The translations under genes were made by a program, and so were the position numbers. A stretch of 64,000 bases of DNA from Candidatus Omnitrophota bacterium. GTDB lineage: Bacteria > Omnitrophota > Gorgyraeia > 2-01-FULL-45-10. Positions 27,102-38,764 of this stretch are shown here, piece by piece. Where the stretch lies: positions 182,814-246,813 of the forward strand of contig JAUYOL010000036.1 in assembly GCA_030695905.1 (NCBI GenBank). Direction: 5' to 3'. The notes under the pieces are model-generated. The model was given only the letters and a program-made list of their open reading frames with translations. It searched no databases and was not told the DNA's origin. Within the stretch, counting starts at the first letter, position 1; the number at the start of each line of letters is the position of its first letter.

Positions 27102-27826
27102 TTGGTCAATTTCTTCGCTACTAATATATTCGCCCTTAACAGTGAATCGAAAGTTCCCGAATCCGTCCACCAGCCGTCGAGAATATTGTAAGTAAGTTCG
27201 CCGCGCCTTATATATTCATTATTAACATCAGTTATCTCGAGCTCGCCGCGCCTGGACGGCTTCAGTGTCTTAGCTATCTCAAATACTTTTGAATCATACA
27301 TATAGATACCGGTAATGGCGTAATCGGATTTGGGCTTTTTGGGCTTTTCCTCTATAGACACTACATTCTTACCCCTAAACTCGGCGACTCCGAATCTCTC
27401 CGGATCCTCAACCTTCTTCAAGAGTATCTTCGCGCCCTTCGGCTGTTTTCTAAAATCTTCTACGGCCTTTTTTATACCCTTTTCGATTATATTGTCACCC
27501 AGGATCACCACTATCTTGTCATTGTCGGCAAAGTGTTCGGCAAGTTTCAGCGCCTCGGCTATCCCGCCCTCGCCTTCTTGATAAGTGTAATTTATATGCT
27601 TCAGGCCGAAATCCTTGCCATTACCGAGAAGGCGCAGAAATTCTCCCGCATGATTTCCGCCGGTCACTATCAATATATCCTTAATACCGGCATCGACGAG
27701 CGTCTGTATGGGATAATAGATCATCGGCTTATTAAAAACAGGCAGTAGATGCTTATTGGAGATCCTCGTCAAAGGATAGAGCCGCTTTCCCAAGCCCCCG
27801 GCTAAGATTACGCCTTTCAATCCCAT
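27098..27826 (-). CDS. rfbA: Glucose-1-phosphate thymidylyltransferase (short form)
   Basis: MGLKGVILAGGLGKRLYPLTRISNKHLLPVFNKPMIYYPIQTLVDAGIKDILIV…EGGIAEAL; 242 aa. Confidence 0.85.
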   Translation of the reverse strand: MGLKGVILAGGLGKRLYPLTRISNKHLLPVFNKPMIYYPIQTLVDAGIKDILIVTGGNHAGEFLRLLGNGKDFGLKHINYTYQEGEGGIAEALKLAEHFADNDKIVVILGDNIIEKGIKKAVEDFRKQPKGAKILLKKVEDPERFGVAEFRGKNVVSIEEKPKKPKSDYAITGIYMYDSKVFEIAKTLKPSRRGELEITDVNNEYIRRGELTYNILDGWWTDSGTFDSLLRANILVAKKLTK

Positions 27827-27829
27827 GTA

Positions 27830-28276
27830 TTACTTTCTCCAGTCGTAGTTAATATCATTATCATAAGCATCCAAACGCTCTTCATCCGGTTTTTTGTAAT
27901 TATAAGGAAGCGTAGGAGTATTGATAACTATAGACTCGCAATCTGCTATGCCCTTAAATCCGTGGTAAACCATTTTGGGGATAGTAACGAGTATCGGGTC
28001 ATCTGTGGATAATATGAATTCATTAACTTCTTTATAGGTAGGCGATTTTTCCCGCGCGTCGTATAACGCAAGTCTTATCTTGCCGTGCACACAGGCAAAA
28101 TTATCATTCTGTTTCTGATGAAAATGCCACGCCTTTACCACGCCCGGATAAGTAGTCGTCATATATACTTGCCCGAATTTCTTGAAGACTTTGTCGTCGC
28201 AGCGCAAGATTTCCATAAGCCTGCCGCGCTTATCCGGGATAATTTTTAATTTTTTAACTTTAACGCCTTTAATCAT
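27830..28276 (-). CDS. rfbC: dTDP-4-dehydrorhamnose 3,5-epimerase (short RmlC-family cupin)
   Basis: IIPDKRGRLMEI…KAWHFHQKQ…LALYDAREKSPTY…IPKMVYHGFKG, 148 aa. Sits directly upstream of rfbA-B-D. Confidence 0.7.
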   Translation of the reverse strand: MIKGVKVKKLKIIPDKRGRLMEILRCDDKVFKKFGQVYMTTTYPGVVKAWHFHQKQNDNFACVHGKIRLALYDAREKSPTYKEVNEFILSTDDPILVTIPKMVYHGFKGIADCESIVINTPTLPYNYKKPDEERLDAYDNDINYDWRK

Positions 28277-29570
28277 GGCCCCTGCCTATCCCCTCGTATC
28301 TAAATCCAAGCTTCTTCATCTGGGCCGGATTATAAATATTTCTTCCGTCAACTATAACAGGCTGTCTCATTATTTTCTTTATCTTCTTAAAGTCCAACTC
28401 CTTAAATTCATTCCATTCCGTAGCCACAATAATACAATCGCTGTCTTTAGCGGCCTGGTAAGCGTCTTTGCAGAATTCAACGCTCGCCTTCAACCGCTCT
28501 TTGGCCTTAGCCATCGCGACAGGATCATACACTTTAACGCGCACACCTTCTTTGAGAAGCGCCTCTATGATCTCCATGGCAGGAGCTTCTCTTAAATCGT
28601 CCGTCCCCGGTTTAAAAGACAACCCTAAAACACCGACTGTTTTTTTAGGCAGGTTCCATAATAAAGCTTCTATCTTCTTTATCGCCAGCCTCTTCTGCTC
28701 CCTGTTTACATTTTGAACCTCTTTTAGTATGCCGAAATCATAACCTATCTTTCCGGCTATGTGAACAAACGCGTCGAGATCCTTCGGGAAGCATGATCCG
28801 CCAAAGCCTATCCCAGCATTTAAAAAATCTTTCGATATCCTTTTGTCGAGCCCCATGCCGCGCGCGACATCCACGATATCCGCGCCGACCTTATCACAGA
28901 TATTGGCTACAGAGTTTATGAAGGATATCTTTGTCGCAAGAAATGAATTTGAGGCGTGTTTTATCAGTTCCGCGCTCTTTATATTTGTAACGACTATCGG
29001 CGCCTTGAGAGGCTTGTATAATTCGGTAAGAATATCCGCGGCCTTTTTAGACTTGACCCCAACGACAACCCTGTCGGGATTCATGAAATCTTCGATAGCG
29101 GTCCCCTCTTTTAAAAATTCGGGGTTGGACACTACATCGAATTTTATCTTGCGCTTATTGAATATATTTATGGTATGCTCGACCCACTCGCCTGTATTTA
29201 CCGGGACGGTGGACTTATCCACAATCAGCTTATAAGAAGACATCGAAAGAGCTATCTCTCGCGCCACATTTTCGACATATGTCATATCCGCGTCGCCGTT
29301 ATCCTTGGGCGGGGTCGGCACACAGACGAAGATCACTTCAGACTTTTTTACCCCATCTTTTAAACGGCTGGTAAAAGTGATTCGGCCCTCTTTAACATTT
29401 CGCTTAACAAGTTCTTCAAGGCCGGGCTCGTAAATAGGCATTATGCCTTTTTTTAGCTTGGAGATCTTGCTTTCGTTATTATCAACACATATAACATCAT
29501 TGCCAAGATCCGCAAAGCAAGCGCCTGTGACCAAACCTACATAGCCTGAACCTACAATCGTTATATTCAT
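28269..29570 (-). CDS. ugd: UDP-glucose 6-dehydrogenase
   Basis: MNITIVGSGYVGLVTGACFADLGNDV…GFGGSCFPKD (catalytic Cys)…GLSFKPGTDDLREAP; 433 aa. Confidence 0.9.
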   Translation of the reverse strand: MNITIVGSGYVGLVTGACFADLGNDVICVDNNESKISKLKKGIMPIYEPGLEELVKRNVKEGRITFTSRLKDGVKKSEVIFVCVPTPPKDNGDADMTYVENVAREIALSMSSYKLIVDKSTVPVNTGEWVEHTINIFNKRKIKFDVVSNPEFLKEGTAIEDFMNPDRVVVGVKSKKAADILTELYKPLKAPIVVTNIKSAELIKHASNSFLATKISFINSVANICDKVGADIVDVARGMGLDKRISKDFLNAGIGFGGSCFPKDLDAFVHIAGKIGYDFGILKEVQNVNREQKRLAIKKIEALLWNLPKKTVGVLGLSFKPGTDDLREAPAMEIIEALLKEGVRVKVYDPVAMAKAKERLKASVEFCKDAYQAAKDSDCIIVATEWNEFKELDFKKIKKIMRQPVIVDGRNIYNPAQMKKLGFRYEGIGRGHD

Positions 29571-29648
29571 ATCGTAACCCCTATATTATAAGCTAAATAT
29601 TATAGCAAGAAATGTACGGTAGGTCTATAGAAAAAACTAGATTTTACG

Positions 29649-31928
29649 CTAATAGCCTGCGGAACGTCCGGCAGAAAGCCTCTGACGCTCTATAAAACCG
29701 GCATCGCCAGGTTGACCAGCCCTTGTTCTGGAATAGGCCCTACCAACTCCAAGCGGCATTTTAGGAAATGCCTTGAGACGCAACGATACCCAAAATGTCT
29801 GGGTTGAGATCGTTTTATTGTCCTCATAAGGCCTATAATCATAGGTAAACTCTAATATCCAACAGTGCAGATCTCTTGAAAGGGTGTACTGATGTTCATC
29901 TATATATCCTTTGTCCATATTAAAACGCCAATAAACCCGCGCTTTCCATTTCTCGTTAAACCTGTATATGGCATCGGTAGTTAGATAATTGACTAAATTA
30001 CCATTTGTGTCCGGGTCGACGGGTATGTCAGAATTAAATGAGTGCTCATATCTATACCCAAAAGCAAGCGACCTATCTTCTTCCTTGCCCCCGACAAAGT
30101 CTACGCTCGCAGAATCGGGCAGGCCATACTTTGTATTAATATTCATCTTTGCAAGTGTATATAGCCAAGGATAGGGCGTAAGCTCCAACTGCATAAATAC
30201 GTATTGAAATTTTTGGTCTTTAAAATCAGAGTCATCATTAAACGCGAAGACGCCCTTTTTGAGCCTGAACTGATAATCTGTCCTTATAATGTAGTCCACA
30301 AGATCGACAGACACCCCGTTTCTTTTTGTCTGAAGTTTATTTTCCACCTGGAAGACGATGTTATTCTGCTCTTTTATCGCGTCAATAGCATCAAACTGCG
30401 TAAGATTATCCATGCTGACCGTGGGCTGATGGGTATAGAAGTAGCTCACGGTCGGAGTAATTACATGCCTCAGTTTATTTATGTCCAGATCGAGCGCATT
30501 GGTATTGATGTCGTATATTTTGTACAATTTCATGGAGCTGTCGAAACCAGCGTCAAATACACCTCTTATAAAATTCGTCTGGCCGTACTTGCCTCTTGAA
30601 TAAAATGTCTGCCTCGTTCCGGCGAATGGTGTAACATAGAGCGATCTTAAGTATGGTATGGGTTTGGTATTATATAAAAGTTTATTATAAGTATCTACTC
30701 TTATGACATTAAGATCTTTGTACTGGCTCGTTTCGGAATGAGGAAAGGTGTGGTTCATATATGTAGGCGTAAAACTTGCGTTATAGTATAATGGCGAGCT
30801 TCCGCCATTGTACTTTATATTATACTGCGGTATGTTGACATTAAATTCGGGCAATATTTCGACGACATCATAGTATTTGTCCATTCGCTTGCGTACTAAA
30901 AATTCCGTAGTATAACTTTCCTTTGAGGTAATAAATGAGATATAATTATCCGGCACAGGATGCTCTTCCCACTCATTGTAGAAATAATATTTCACCATCC
31001 TGTCGTCACGGACCTTCTCAAGCTCCATAGTCATTAAGGTATCGTCCAGGACCTGCCATTTATGCCTTATCTGTAATCTATATTTTCCTTCTTCACGCGT
31101 TATAGGCTTGTATGAAAGATACTCATTATTCTCATCGGCATAATAAAAATTGGCTATGCCTTCACCCAGGCCTTCAAGTTTGTAGGAGTTATCTATGCCG
31201 ACGGCTATGCCGTTCTTCGTCCTGTAATCGAACCTATACCTGCCCTTAAAAATTTCACTGTAATCATATTTCATGGACATAAGCGCGTAATAGCCCCAGT
31301 CCCTGTCATGGCCCGGCATTATGGTTATATGAGCCGATTGTTCTTTTATGGGTTGGTAATAATAAGGCAGCCACATAATGGGGCAATTGCCGACATACGC
31401 GACTATATTCTTCGCGATAACTTTATCTTCCAGGTATATCTCTACCTTTTTAGCCTCTATCCTGTAATGCGGTTTTTCCAGGTCGCAGGTAGTCATATAA
31501 CCTTTTTCGATGCCTACCTGGCTCTCCCCAACCTTATCTATCTTCTGCCACTTACCGTAGAATGGGACATAATTTATATAAGCATCTATCGCGGTGCCGG
31601 TCCTCTTGTCAAAATTGTAATTTATTTTGTCACCGGTAAAATAAGCGTCTTTCTGCGTTATCTTGACATTGCCTTCGGCTATAGCTTCGCGTGTATCTAA
31701 ATATACCGTGACCTTCTCGCAGGTTAGCCGCACGTCTTCATAGTCGATAAATATATTTCCCGTTCCCACGACTCTCTTCTGCTCGTGGAAATACTCGACC
31801 TTATCGCCGTTGACTACGATGGGCGCTTTTTGCTTAAAGTCCTGCGCGTAGGCAGTTGAGGATAGGACGATCAAGCTGTAGGCCATAAGCTGCAGGCTAT
31901 AAAATAAATATTTATTTCTTCGGTACAC
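29649..31928 (-). CDS. lptD: LPS-assembly outer-membrane protein LptD (OstA family)
   Basis: Signal peptide (…LSSTAYAQ). N-terminal OstA/LptD_N beta-jellyroll ([39 protein letters not shown]…AEGNVKI). Long C-terminal Tyr/Asn-rich beta-barrel region. 759 aa. Confidence 0.8.
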   Translation of the reverse strand: MYRRNKYLFYSLQLMAYSLIVLSSTAYAQDFKQKAPIVVNGDKVEYFHEQKRVVGTGNIFIDYEDVRLTCEKVTVYLDTREAIAEGNVKITQKDAYFTGDKINYNFDKRTGTAIDAYINYVPFYGKWQKIDKVGESQVGIEKGYMTTCDLEKPHYRIEAKKVEIYLEDKVIAKNIVAYVGNCPIMWLPYYYQPIKEQSAHITIMPGHDRDWGYYALMSMKYDYSEIFKGRYRFDYRTKNGIAVGIDNSYKLEGLGEGIANFYYADENNEYLSYKPITREEGKYRLQIRHKWQVLDDTLMTMELEKVRDDRMVKYYFYNEWEEHPVPDNYISFITSKESYTTEFLVRKRMDKYYDVVEILPEFNVNIPQYNIKYNGGSSPLYYNASFTPTYMNHTFPHSETSQYKDLNVIRVDTYNKLLYNTKPIPYLRSLYVTPFAGTRQTFYSRGKYGQTNFIRGVFDAGFDSSMKLYKIYDINTNALDLDINKLRHVITPTVSYFYTHQPTVSMDNLTQFDAIDAIKEQNNIVFQVENKLQTKRNGVSVDLVDYIIRTDYQFRLKKGVFAFNDDSDFKDQKFQYVFMQLELTPYPWLYTLAKMNINTKYGLPDSASVDFVGGKEEDRSLAFGYRYEHSFNSDIPVDPDTNGNLVNYLTTDAIYRFNEKWKARVYWRFNMDKGYIDEHQYTLSRDLHCWILEFTYDYRPYEDNKTISTQTFWVSLRLKAFPKMPLGVGRAYSRTRAGQPGDAGFIERQRLSAGRSAGY

Positions 31929-32559
31929 TTTCCCAATCCTTTAAGAATTTCTGTATCCCGATATCTGTAAGCGGGTGTTTTACAAGAGCCATCAACGTCG
32001 CATATGGCACAGTAGCTATATCGGCCCCTATCTTAGCGGCGTCAAGTACATGCACGGGATTACGGACGCTGGCGACTATTATTTCGGTCTTAAACCCGTA
32101 ATTACCAAAGATGGTCTTTATATCGCGTATCAAATCCATCCCGACGATACTTATATCGTCGAGCCGCCCTATAAAAGGGCTTACGTAGGTAGCGCCGGCC
32201 TTTGCGGCTAAAAGTGCCTGTGTGGGCGAGAAACATAACGTAAGATTTGTCTTTATGCCTTCTTTTGATAAAATCTTCGTTGCTTTTAGTCCTTCGGGTA
32301 TCAATGGTATCTTAATTACAATATTTTTGTGTATCTTCGCAAGCGTCCTGGCCTCTTTTATCATTTCATCGGACTTTAAGCTTATGACCTCGGCGCTGAT
32401 AGGCCCGTCTACGATAGAGCATATCTCTTTTACTACAGATATAAAATCTTTGCCCTCCCTGGCTATCAACGTAGGATTTGTGGTAACTCCGTCGATTATC
32501 CCCAGAGAATTCGCCTCTTTGATTTCATTTATGTTCGCCGTATCAATAAATAACTTCAT
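31912..32559 (-). CDS. Transaldolase / fructose-6-phosphate aldolase (TalC/Fsa subfamily)
   Basis: [33 protein letters not shown]…IVIKIP (Schiff-base Lys)…; 215 aa. Confidence 0.85.
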   Translation of the reverse strand: MKLFIDTANINEIKEANSLGIIDGVTTNPTLIAREGKDFISVVKEICSIVDGPISAEVISLKSDEMIKEARTLAKIHKNIVIKIPLIPEGLKATKILSKEGIKTNLTLCFSPTQALLAAKAGATYVSPFIGRLDDISIVGMDLIRDIKTIFGNYGFKTEIIVASVRNPVHVLDAAKIGADIATVPYATLMALVKHPLTDIGIQKFLKDWESVPKK

Positions 32560-33521
32560 ACACCCCTCTCGTATAATACTAACGTCGCGGCGCCGATAAC
32601 ACCGGCGTCATATCCTAACTTTGCCTTCACAACTTTTACCGTCTTTGCCGGCAACTTCATCGCTCTTTCGGATATCGTCCTCTTTATCGAGTCGAACAAT
32701 ATCTTTCCCGCTTCGGCAACCCCGCCGCCTATAACTATCTTCTCTATATTCAAAAGATTAACGACGCCCGCAAGGCCAATGCCTACCTTATTACCGGCGT
32801 CAATCCAAACTTGTCTTGCGAATCTATCGCCCTTACGCGCGGCTTCGTCAATCGTTTCAGGGGTGATCTTCGAAAGTTCGCCGCCTACAAGTTTCTTTAT
32901 GAGCGTCTTCTCGCCTTTTTTGATCCTTGCCTCCACGTCTTTTATTATGTAGCGGTTGCCCACATAGGCTTCAACGCATGCACGGCCTCCGCAATTACAT
33001 TTCGGGCCGTCGATACCTATCGGCACGTGGCCAAATTCCCCGGCCGCGTAGCTTGAACCGCGATATAGCGAGTTATCCAATATCAATCCTCCGCCGACTC
33101 CCGTCCCGAGCGTAATACACAGCATATTCTTAGCGCCTCGCCCTGCCCCAAAACGTAATTCGCCCAGCGCCATGACATTGACATCGTTATCGACAAAGAC
33201 CGGCACGCCCAATCTCTTCTTTAAGATGTCGCCTAACGCCACTTCGCGCCAATTCGGGATATTCGTAAGGTAGTGGACTGTGCCCGTCCTGATATCTACC
33301 GCGCCGGGCGCGCCTATGCCTATGCCTATTAACTCTTTTTTTGTGACAGAATATTCTTTGGTGAGCAGCTTTATTTCTTCTACAAGCTTATCTACGAGGG
33401 CGTCTTTACCTTTAAAACTTGCCGTGGAGAATATCCTCTTTGCCTTAAGGCGCGCTGATCGATCCATCAAAGCAAGCCTAATATTCGTACCGCCTATATC
33501 TATACCTATTAATAATCGCAT
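32556..33521 (-). CDS. ROK-family sugar kinase (glucokinase-like)
   Basis: [15 protein letters not shown]…GTGVGGGLI…[21 protein letters not shown] is the ROK Zn-binding CxCGxxGC motif. 321 aa. Confidence 0.8.
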   Translation of the reverse strand: MRLLIGIDIGGTNIRLALMDRSARLKAKRIFSTASFKGKDALVDKLVEEIKLLTKEYSVTKKELIGIGIGAPGAVDIRTGTVHYLTNIPNWREVALGDILKKRLGVPVFVDNDVNVMALGELRFGAGRGAKNMLCITLGTGVGGGLILDNSLYRGSSYAAGEFGHVPIGIDGPKCNCGGRACVEAYVGNRYIIKDVEARIKKGEKTLIKKLVGGELSKITPETIDEAARKGDRFARQVWIDAGNKVGIGLAGVVNLLNIEKIVIGGGVAEAGKILFDSIKRTISERAMKLPAKTVKVVKAKLGYDAGVIGAATLVLYERGV

Positions 33522-33543
33522 AATAATTGTGTTATTATACTAT

Positions 33544-34752
33544 TTAATCTTTGTACTCACAAACAATATTTTTCCCGGAACTCTTGGCCGTATAGAGGGC
33601 TTTGTCAGCCTTCTCCACAATATCTTCCATATCGGCCGCGTCATCGGGATATATCGCAAGGCCTGCGCTTACTGTTATCCTCAATTTCTCATCATATGCC
33701 TTAAATATGTGCTCCTCTATCTTTTTACGTATTCTCTCCGCCGCAAGCATCGCGCCAATTCTCTCAGTTTCGGGTAAAATAATAGAGAACTCTTCCCCTC
33801 CGTATCTTGCCACAAGATCTATCTCCCTGACATTTTCCTTTATTAAATGCGCGATATCCTTTAAAACAACATCGCCCACCAGATGCCCGTGAGTATCATT
33901 GCATTTTTTGAAATCATCTATGTCTATCATAAGAAATGTGAATTTAAAACCGTGATTTTTCGACCTGTTTAATTCCTCATTCAGGCGTTCAAAAAAGTAT
34001 CTGCGTGTATAAAGCCCGGTAAGTGAATCTGTTATCGCCAAGCCTTCGACCGTCTCATACAAAAGCACCTTCTTTATCTCGAGGGCAAACTGCATAGCGA
34101 CTATAACGAATCTGTCAAAATCTATGCCGGGCAGGTTCTCTATAGTAAGTATTCCGACAAACTTATTTTCACTAAGTAACGGTATCGCGCCGAAACTCCC
34201 GCCGCCCGCTTTTGGGATATACACTTCTTTCTTATCATTGTCGAAGAGCGTCAGCATATCGTCGTAATTCGTTTCCGCATCCTCTTGCTTGCAGTTCTCA
34301 TCCTTATATAATTTATAGACTTTATCTACCTTTATACATCCTTCCACTTCTTTTAAGATAAGAAGTTCGCTCTTTTTGAATACAAAATATTCTTTTAAAA
34401 AAGCGCTTAACGCGCCGAATATTTCATTAAATGTAAGGTCGCTAGACATATTCTTCGTTATCTCATAAAGGCTCGATATCATCATCTCTTTGTTGCGCAG
34501 GGCATATATACGGCTGTCTTCGCTGGTAATATCTTTTTCCAATTTATTTTTTTCACTGCTGTAATTTTCAAGCTTTAAGCCCGTTTCGCTTTTCAAAATG
34601 TTTATGCTATCCCTGTATTCTTTCCAGGTCACGGCGATGCCAAATAATAAGAATGATAGGATGGGTATAAAAAATATTTTATCCGGTATAAAATGAACCA
34701 GCGCCGCGAGAAAGACCGCACAGATACATAAGTAAAGCATCATTCTGCGCAT
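33544..34752 (-). CDS. Membrane-anchored GGDEF diguanylate cyclase with GAF-like sensor region
   Basis: N-terminal TM helices. C-terminal DSLTGLYTRRYF…RYGGEEFSIILPE (intact GGEEF). Confidence 0.8.
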   Translation of the reverse strand: MRRMMLYLCICAVFLAALVHFIPDKIFFIPILSFLLFGIAVTWKEYRDSINILKSETGLKLENYSSEKNKLEKDITSEDSRIYALRNKEMMISSLYEITKNMSSDLTFNEIFGALSAFLKEYFVFKKSELLILKEVEGCIKVDKVYKLYKDENCKQEDAETNYDDMLTLFDNDKKEVYIPKAGGGSFGAIPLLSENKFVGILTIENLPGIDFDRFVIVAMQFALEIKKVLLYETVEGLAITDSLTGLYTRRYFFERLNEELNRSKNHGFKFTFLMIDIDDFKKCNDTHGHLVGDVVLKDIAHLIKENVREIDLVARYGGEEFSIILPETERIGAMLAAERIRKKIEEHIFKAYDEKLRITVSAGLAIYPDDAADMEDIVEKADKALYTAKSSGKNIVCEYKD

Positions 34753-36170
34753 ACCCTGTTTCTCCCCAATGACTTTGCCTTATATAAACGCTCGTCGGCT
34801 ATCTTGACCAGGTCCTCTTCCACCGCCGTATCTTTCGGATAAGCCGAAACGCCTATAGAAACGGTTATGCTATGCCTTTCCCTGCGCACGGTAATAGGGT
34901 GATCTTCTATCTTTTTTCTTATGCTCTCCGCCTTCTTCTGCGCCTTCCTGATATCGGCACCGGACAAAAATATCGCTATCTCTTCACCGCCGTAACGTGA
35001 CGCCATATCACCTTCGTGTAATTCACTTGCTATTGTACCGGCAATATATTTTAATACAATATCTCCGGTAGCATGGCCATATTTGTCGTTATACCATTTG
35101 AATCGGTCTATATCCAGCATCAGAAGCGCGATAGAGCCGTCCTTCTTCCTGGCGGCGCGTTTTGCCTCCTCATGCAGACGTTTTAGAAAGAAACGCCGCA
35201 CAGATAGGCCGGTCAGTGAGTCGTGTATAGCAAGATCCTGGACCCATGAATACAGGAAAGCGTTCTGTATGGCAACTGAACCTAATCCCCCCAATATGTC
35301 GAGAAGGCGCAGGTCATCCTGCGTATAAAAATTTTCGGTCGGAGAATCCATCCTCAATATACCTATGACCTTATTGCCGCTTAAAAGCGGCACAGCGATA
35401 AGTGACTTAAAATATTCTTTGGCTTCTTCCGCTTCTTTGCTAGGGAAGCGAAAATCCTGCATAGAGTCTTCGATTATAAGCGGCGTACCGTGTTTCAACA
35501 CCCACTTATCAAATATATCTCCGGCCTTCGCTTTCACTTTAAGCGGCCCCTGCGATGCCGAAAGCATAAGCTCCTGTTTCTGCACATCTACGAGGAAAAG
35601 CATTATGCGCCCTGATTTTTTTATCGTCACTGTGGATTTTTCTATGATAAGCCTGGCTATCTCCTCTATAGTAAGCGTAGTGGTGAGAGACTCCGCTACA
35701 TCTTTTAGCATGCTATAGCGAAGTAGTTTTTCCTCAAGATGTTTTGTGTCGATCCTCTTTTTATTAAGTTCGTCAGACAGTATATTGATACCCTCTTCGA
35801 CTTTTTCCGAATCCAGTCCCGCAAAATACTTTATACTCTTTGTAGCTTTCCAATTTCTGTATCCTATAAGCGCCGTCAAGATAAAGCTCCACGAGAGGAA
35901 AGCCGCGCTATAATAACCGCTTTTTAAAACACCTGTCAGCGCGATGAATAAAGAGATGATAGTGATCGCTATGCCTGTGAATATACCGAACCCTATCCAT
36001 AAAAGAATTATCGGTATGTTAAAACAGAGGACCGCTACAGAAATTACCGAGGAGTCGGGCGAAAGAATGGGGTCTATTTTAGGATGAATTGAAAATAAAA
36101 GATGCGATAGGGCGAGGAATACTATTAAAGAAGTAATTCCGAGTATTGAGCGAGTGCTCGGATTAGACAA
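34740..36170 (-). CDS. Membrane-anchored GAF-GGDEF protein (paralog; GGEEI variant of the active-site motif)
   Basis: Six N-terminal TM helices, a GAF-like segment, then DSLTGLSVRRFF…RYGGEEIAIFL. Tandem with 33544..34752. Confidence 0.75.
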   Translation of the reverse strand: MSNPSTRSILGITSLIVFLALSHLLFSIHPKIDPILSPDSSVISVAVLCFNIPIILLWIGFGIFTGIAITIISLFIALTGVLKSGYYSAAFLSWSFILTALIGYRNWKATKSIKYFAGLDSEKVEEGINILSDELNKKRIDTKHLEEKLLRYSMLKDVAESLTTTLTIEEIARLIIEKSTVTIKKSGRIMLFLVDVQKQELMLSASQGPLKVKAKAGDIFDKWVLKHGTPLIIEDSMQDFRFPSKEAEEAKEYFKSLIAVPLLSGNKVIGILRMDSPTENFYTQDDLRLLDILGGLGSVAIQNAFLYSWVQDLAIHDSLTGLSVRRFFLKRLHEEAKRAARKKDGSIALLMLDIDRFKWYNDKYGHATGDIVLKYIAGTIASELHEGDMASRYGGEEIAIFLSGADIRKAQKKAESIRKKIEDHPITVRRERHSITVSIGVSAYPKDTAVEEDLVKIADERLYKAKSLGRNRVCAE

Positions 36171-37266
36171 TTGTTATATCCGTATCCTTATCAAAAAAGT
36201 GGATTTTGGCCATATCGAATACAAGATCCATGTCCTGATTTATGGTAGGCCGGTCGTGGCCGCCGACCCTCGCTATCAGTGAATTGCGGCCCGTATTAAG
36301 ATGCAGATAAACCTCCGAACCCATAGGTTCGATAACCTCGCAGTTTGCCTTTATGGTATTTTCGGAAGGAGCGTATGATACGAAGAGTTTATCGTATATA
36401 TCTTCGGGCCTTATGCCGAATATGACTTCCTTGTTGAGGAAGGATATGATCTTGGGCACCATAGCGTCAACTATCTTGACCTGGAAATTGCCTTCGTTGA
36501 AATAAAACTTGCCTTCCTTATTTAATATAGTTCCTTTTATGAAATTCATCGGAGGAGAACCGATAAACCCGGCCACAAATTTATTTACAGGGTTATCATA
36601 AAGTCCTATCGGGTCGGCGATCTGCTGGATTATACCGTCTTTCATAACGACTATCCTGTCGCCCATCGTCATGGCTTCGGTCTGGTCATGCGTAACATAT
36701 ATCATCGTGGTCTGAAGACGTATGTGAAGCTTCTTTATCTCGGTCCTCATCTGCACGCGCATCTTGGCGTCGAGATTTGACAGCGGTTCGTCAAAAAGAA
36801 ACACGAGGGGCTTTCTCACTATGGCTCTTCCCACCGCGACCCTCTGCCTCTGTCCTCCGGATAGTTCCCTGGGCCGCCTGTGAAGGAGTTTTTCTATTCC
36901 AAGAATATTAGCGGCCTCTTTTACTCTGGCTTCTATCTCCTGCCTCGGGTATTTTCTTAATTTCAATCCGAACGCCATGTTCTCATAGACCGTCATGTGG
37001 GGATAGAGCGCATAATTCTGGAATACCATGGCGATGTTTCTATCTTTGGGCGGGATATCATTGACCTTCTGGTCGCCGATATAGACATTTCCGTTTGTCG
37101 CTTCTTCCAATCCGGCTATTATTCTCAATGTGGTAGACTTACCGCATCCGGAAGGCCCTACGAAAACGACAAATTCCTTACTCTCTATGCCCAGATTGAT
37201 ATCGCGTATCGCCCAGACATTACCGGAGAATACCTTGGAAACATTCTGTAAGCTTACCTGTGCCAT
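36163..37266 (-). CDS. Sugar ABC transporter ATP-binding protein (MalK/UgpC/MsmX family) with C-terminal TOBE domain
   Basis: Walker A GPSGCGKST, signature LSGGQRQRVA, Walker B LFDEPLSNLD; 367 aa. No permease or binding protein is adjacent. Confidence 0.85.
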   Translation of the reverse strand: MAQVSLQNVSKVFSGNVWAIRDINLGIESKEFVVFVGPSGCGKSTTLRIIAGLEEATNGNVYIGDQKVNDIPPKDRNIAMVFQNYALYPHMTVYENMAFGLKLRKYPRQEIEARVKEAANILGIEKLLHRRPRELSGGQRQRVAVGRAIVRKPLVFLFDEPLSNLDAKMRVQMRTEIKKLHIRLQTTMIYVTHDQTEAMTMGDRIVVMKDGIIQQIADPIGLYDNPVNKFVAGFIGSPPMNFIKGTILNKEGKFYFNEGNFQVKIVDAMVPKIISFLNKEVIFGIRPEDIYDKLFVSYAPSENTIKANCEVIEPMGSEVYLHLNTGRNSLIARVGGHDRPTINQDMDLVFDMAKIHFFDKDTDITIV

Positions 37267-37267
37267 A

Positions 37268-38113
37268 TTAGAAGTAGGTTAAAAGCTTCGAAAGACTTTC
37301 TTTCATATTTTTTCTGTGAATGATCATATCTATAAGCCCGTGCTCAAGCAAAAATTCCGACTTCTGAAAACCAGGCGGAAGCTTCTGCCTTATCGTCTGC
37401 TCTATAACACGCGGGCCGGTAAAACCTATCAATGCTTTAGGCTCGGCGATTATCAGGTCGCCTAAAGAGGCGAAACTCGCCATAATGCCGGCCATCGTAG
37501 GATTGGTAAGTATCGATATAAAAACACATCCGGCCTTATTGTGCTTACTTAACGCTGCGGATGTCTTGGCCATCTGCATTAAAGAATATAGGCCTTCATA
37601 CATTCTGGCGCCGCCGCCCGAACCGGAAATTATTATCAGGGGATATTTTGTTTCTATGGAACGCTCTATAGCGCGTGTAAGTTTTTCGCCCACGACGGAT
37701 CCCATAGAGCCCATTATAAAACGCGAATCTGTAACGCCGATGACGACCTTCCTGCCGTATATCGTGCCTTCGCCGGTAATAACAGCTTCTTTAAGCCCTG
37801 TAAGCTCCTGGTCTTTTTTATATTTCTCTTTGTATGTCTTCGGCCCTTCAAACGAAAGAGGATCGAGCGACTCCATGTCCGGATCCATCTCCTTGAAACT
37901 TCCTTCATCAAGAGTTAGTCTTACTCTATCGGGGGCGTTGAGGCTGAAGTGAAAATTACATTTGGGGCAGACGCGCAGGTTTTCATCGAGTTTCTTATTA
38001 TAAATAAGCTCTTTGCAATCCTCGCACTTTGTCCAGAGGTCGCTGGGGATATCGCCGCGTTTCTTGGCGACTTTTACTATGGTATACTTTGGTTTTTTTG
38101 GAAAAAAAGGCAT
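37268..38113 (-). CDS. accD: Acetyl-CoA carboxylase carboxyltransferase beta subunit
   Basis: Zn ribbon CEDCKELIY…CPKCNFH followed by the carboxyltransferase domain (…IISGSGGGARMYEG…); 281 aa. Confidence 0.9.
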   Translation of the reverse strand: MPFFPKKPKYTIVKVAKKRGDIPSDLWTKCEDCKELIYNKKLDENLRVCPKCNFHFSLNAPDRVRLTLDEGSFKEMDPDMESLDPLSFEGPKTYKEKYKKDQELTGLKEAVITGEGTIYGRKVVIGVTDSRFIMGSMGSVVGEKLTRAIERSIETKYPLIIISGSGGGARMYEGLYSLMQMAKTSAALSKHNKAGCVFISILTNPTMAGIMASFASLGDLIIAEPKALIGFTGPRVIEQTIRQKLPPGFQKSEFLLEHGLIDMIIHRKNMKESLSKLLTYF

Positions 38114-38114
38114 C

Positions 38115-38756
38115 CTAAACCTTTAGCAGTTCTTTTGCCTTATCGACCGCCGTTGCGGCGTCCTTCGCGTAGCCGTCCGCTCCTATAAAGTCCGCGAAGC
38201 TTTGAGTAATCGGCGCTCCTCCGACGATGATCTTTACTTTATCACGCACTCCCAAATCCTTCAACATTTTTATAGTATCTTTCATGGCACCCATTGAAGT
38301 GGTCAATAGCGACGACATCGCTATTATATCCGCTCCTTTAGCCTGGACTATCTCCACGAATTTACCGGGTGGGACGTCTATGCCTAAGTCCATTACCTCA
38401 AAGCACGCGCCTTTTAGCATCATGCTGACTATATTCTTGCCTATATCATGAAGATCGCCTTTGACGGTACCTATTATGACTTTCCCCATCGGCTTAATGC
38501 CCGACGAAGCGAAGAGCGGCTCAAGCACCGCGATCCCTGCATGCATCGCTTTTGCGGCGATAAGAACTTCCGGAATAAATATTTCATTGGCCTTAAACTT
38601 CTCGCCTATGGCGTTCATGCTCGCTATAAGGCCATCTTCGAGGATCGTCTTTACGCCAATGCCCCTATCAAGCGCTTCCTTGGTAAGCTTAGCGACGGTA
38701 GCCCTATCGCCCTTTGCCAGAGCGATCCCTATATCTTTTAAAATAGCATCTGCCAT
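38115..38756 (-). CDS. Cobalamin-binding corrinoid protein (B12-binding_2 + B12-binding domains, MtbC/MttC-like)
   Basis: GTVKGDLHDIGKNIVSMML carries the DxHxxG cobalamin-ligand motif. 213 aa. No cognate methyltransferase is adjacent. Confidence 0.75.
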   Translation of the reverse strand: MADAILKDIGIALAKGDRATVAKLTKEALDRGIGVKTILEDGLIASMNAIGEKFKANEIFIPEVLIAAKAMHAGIAVLEPLFASSGIKPMGKVIIGTVKGDLHDIGKNIVSMMLKGACFEVMDLGIDVPPGKFVEIVQAKGADIIAMSSLLTTSMGAMKDTIKMLKDLGVRDKVKIIVGGAPITQSFADFIGADGYAKDAATAVDKAKELLKV

Positions 38757-38764
38757 CTTTACCT

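Noticed and set aside
34740-36170. GGEEI variant in the second GGDEF protein as evidence of a degenerate, inactive cyclase
   Set aside because: The rest of the GGDEF domain, including the upstream RxxD-like context and the Mg-binding DxD region, appears intact. A Phe-to-Ile change alone is not sufficient to call it inactive.
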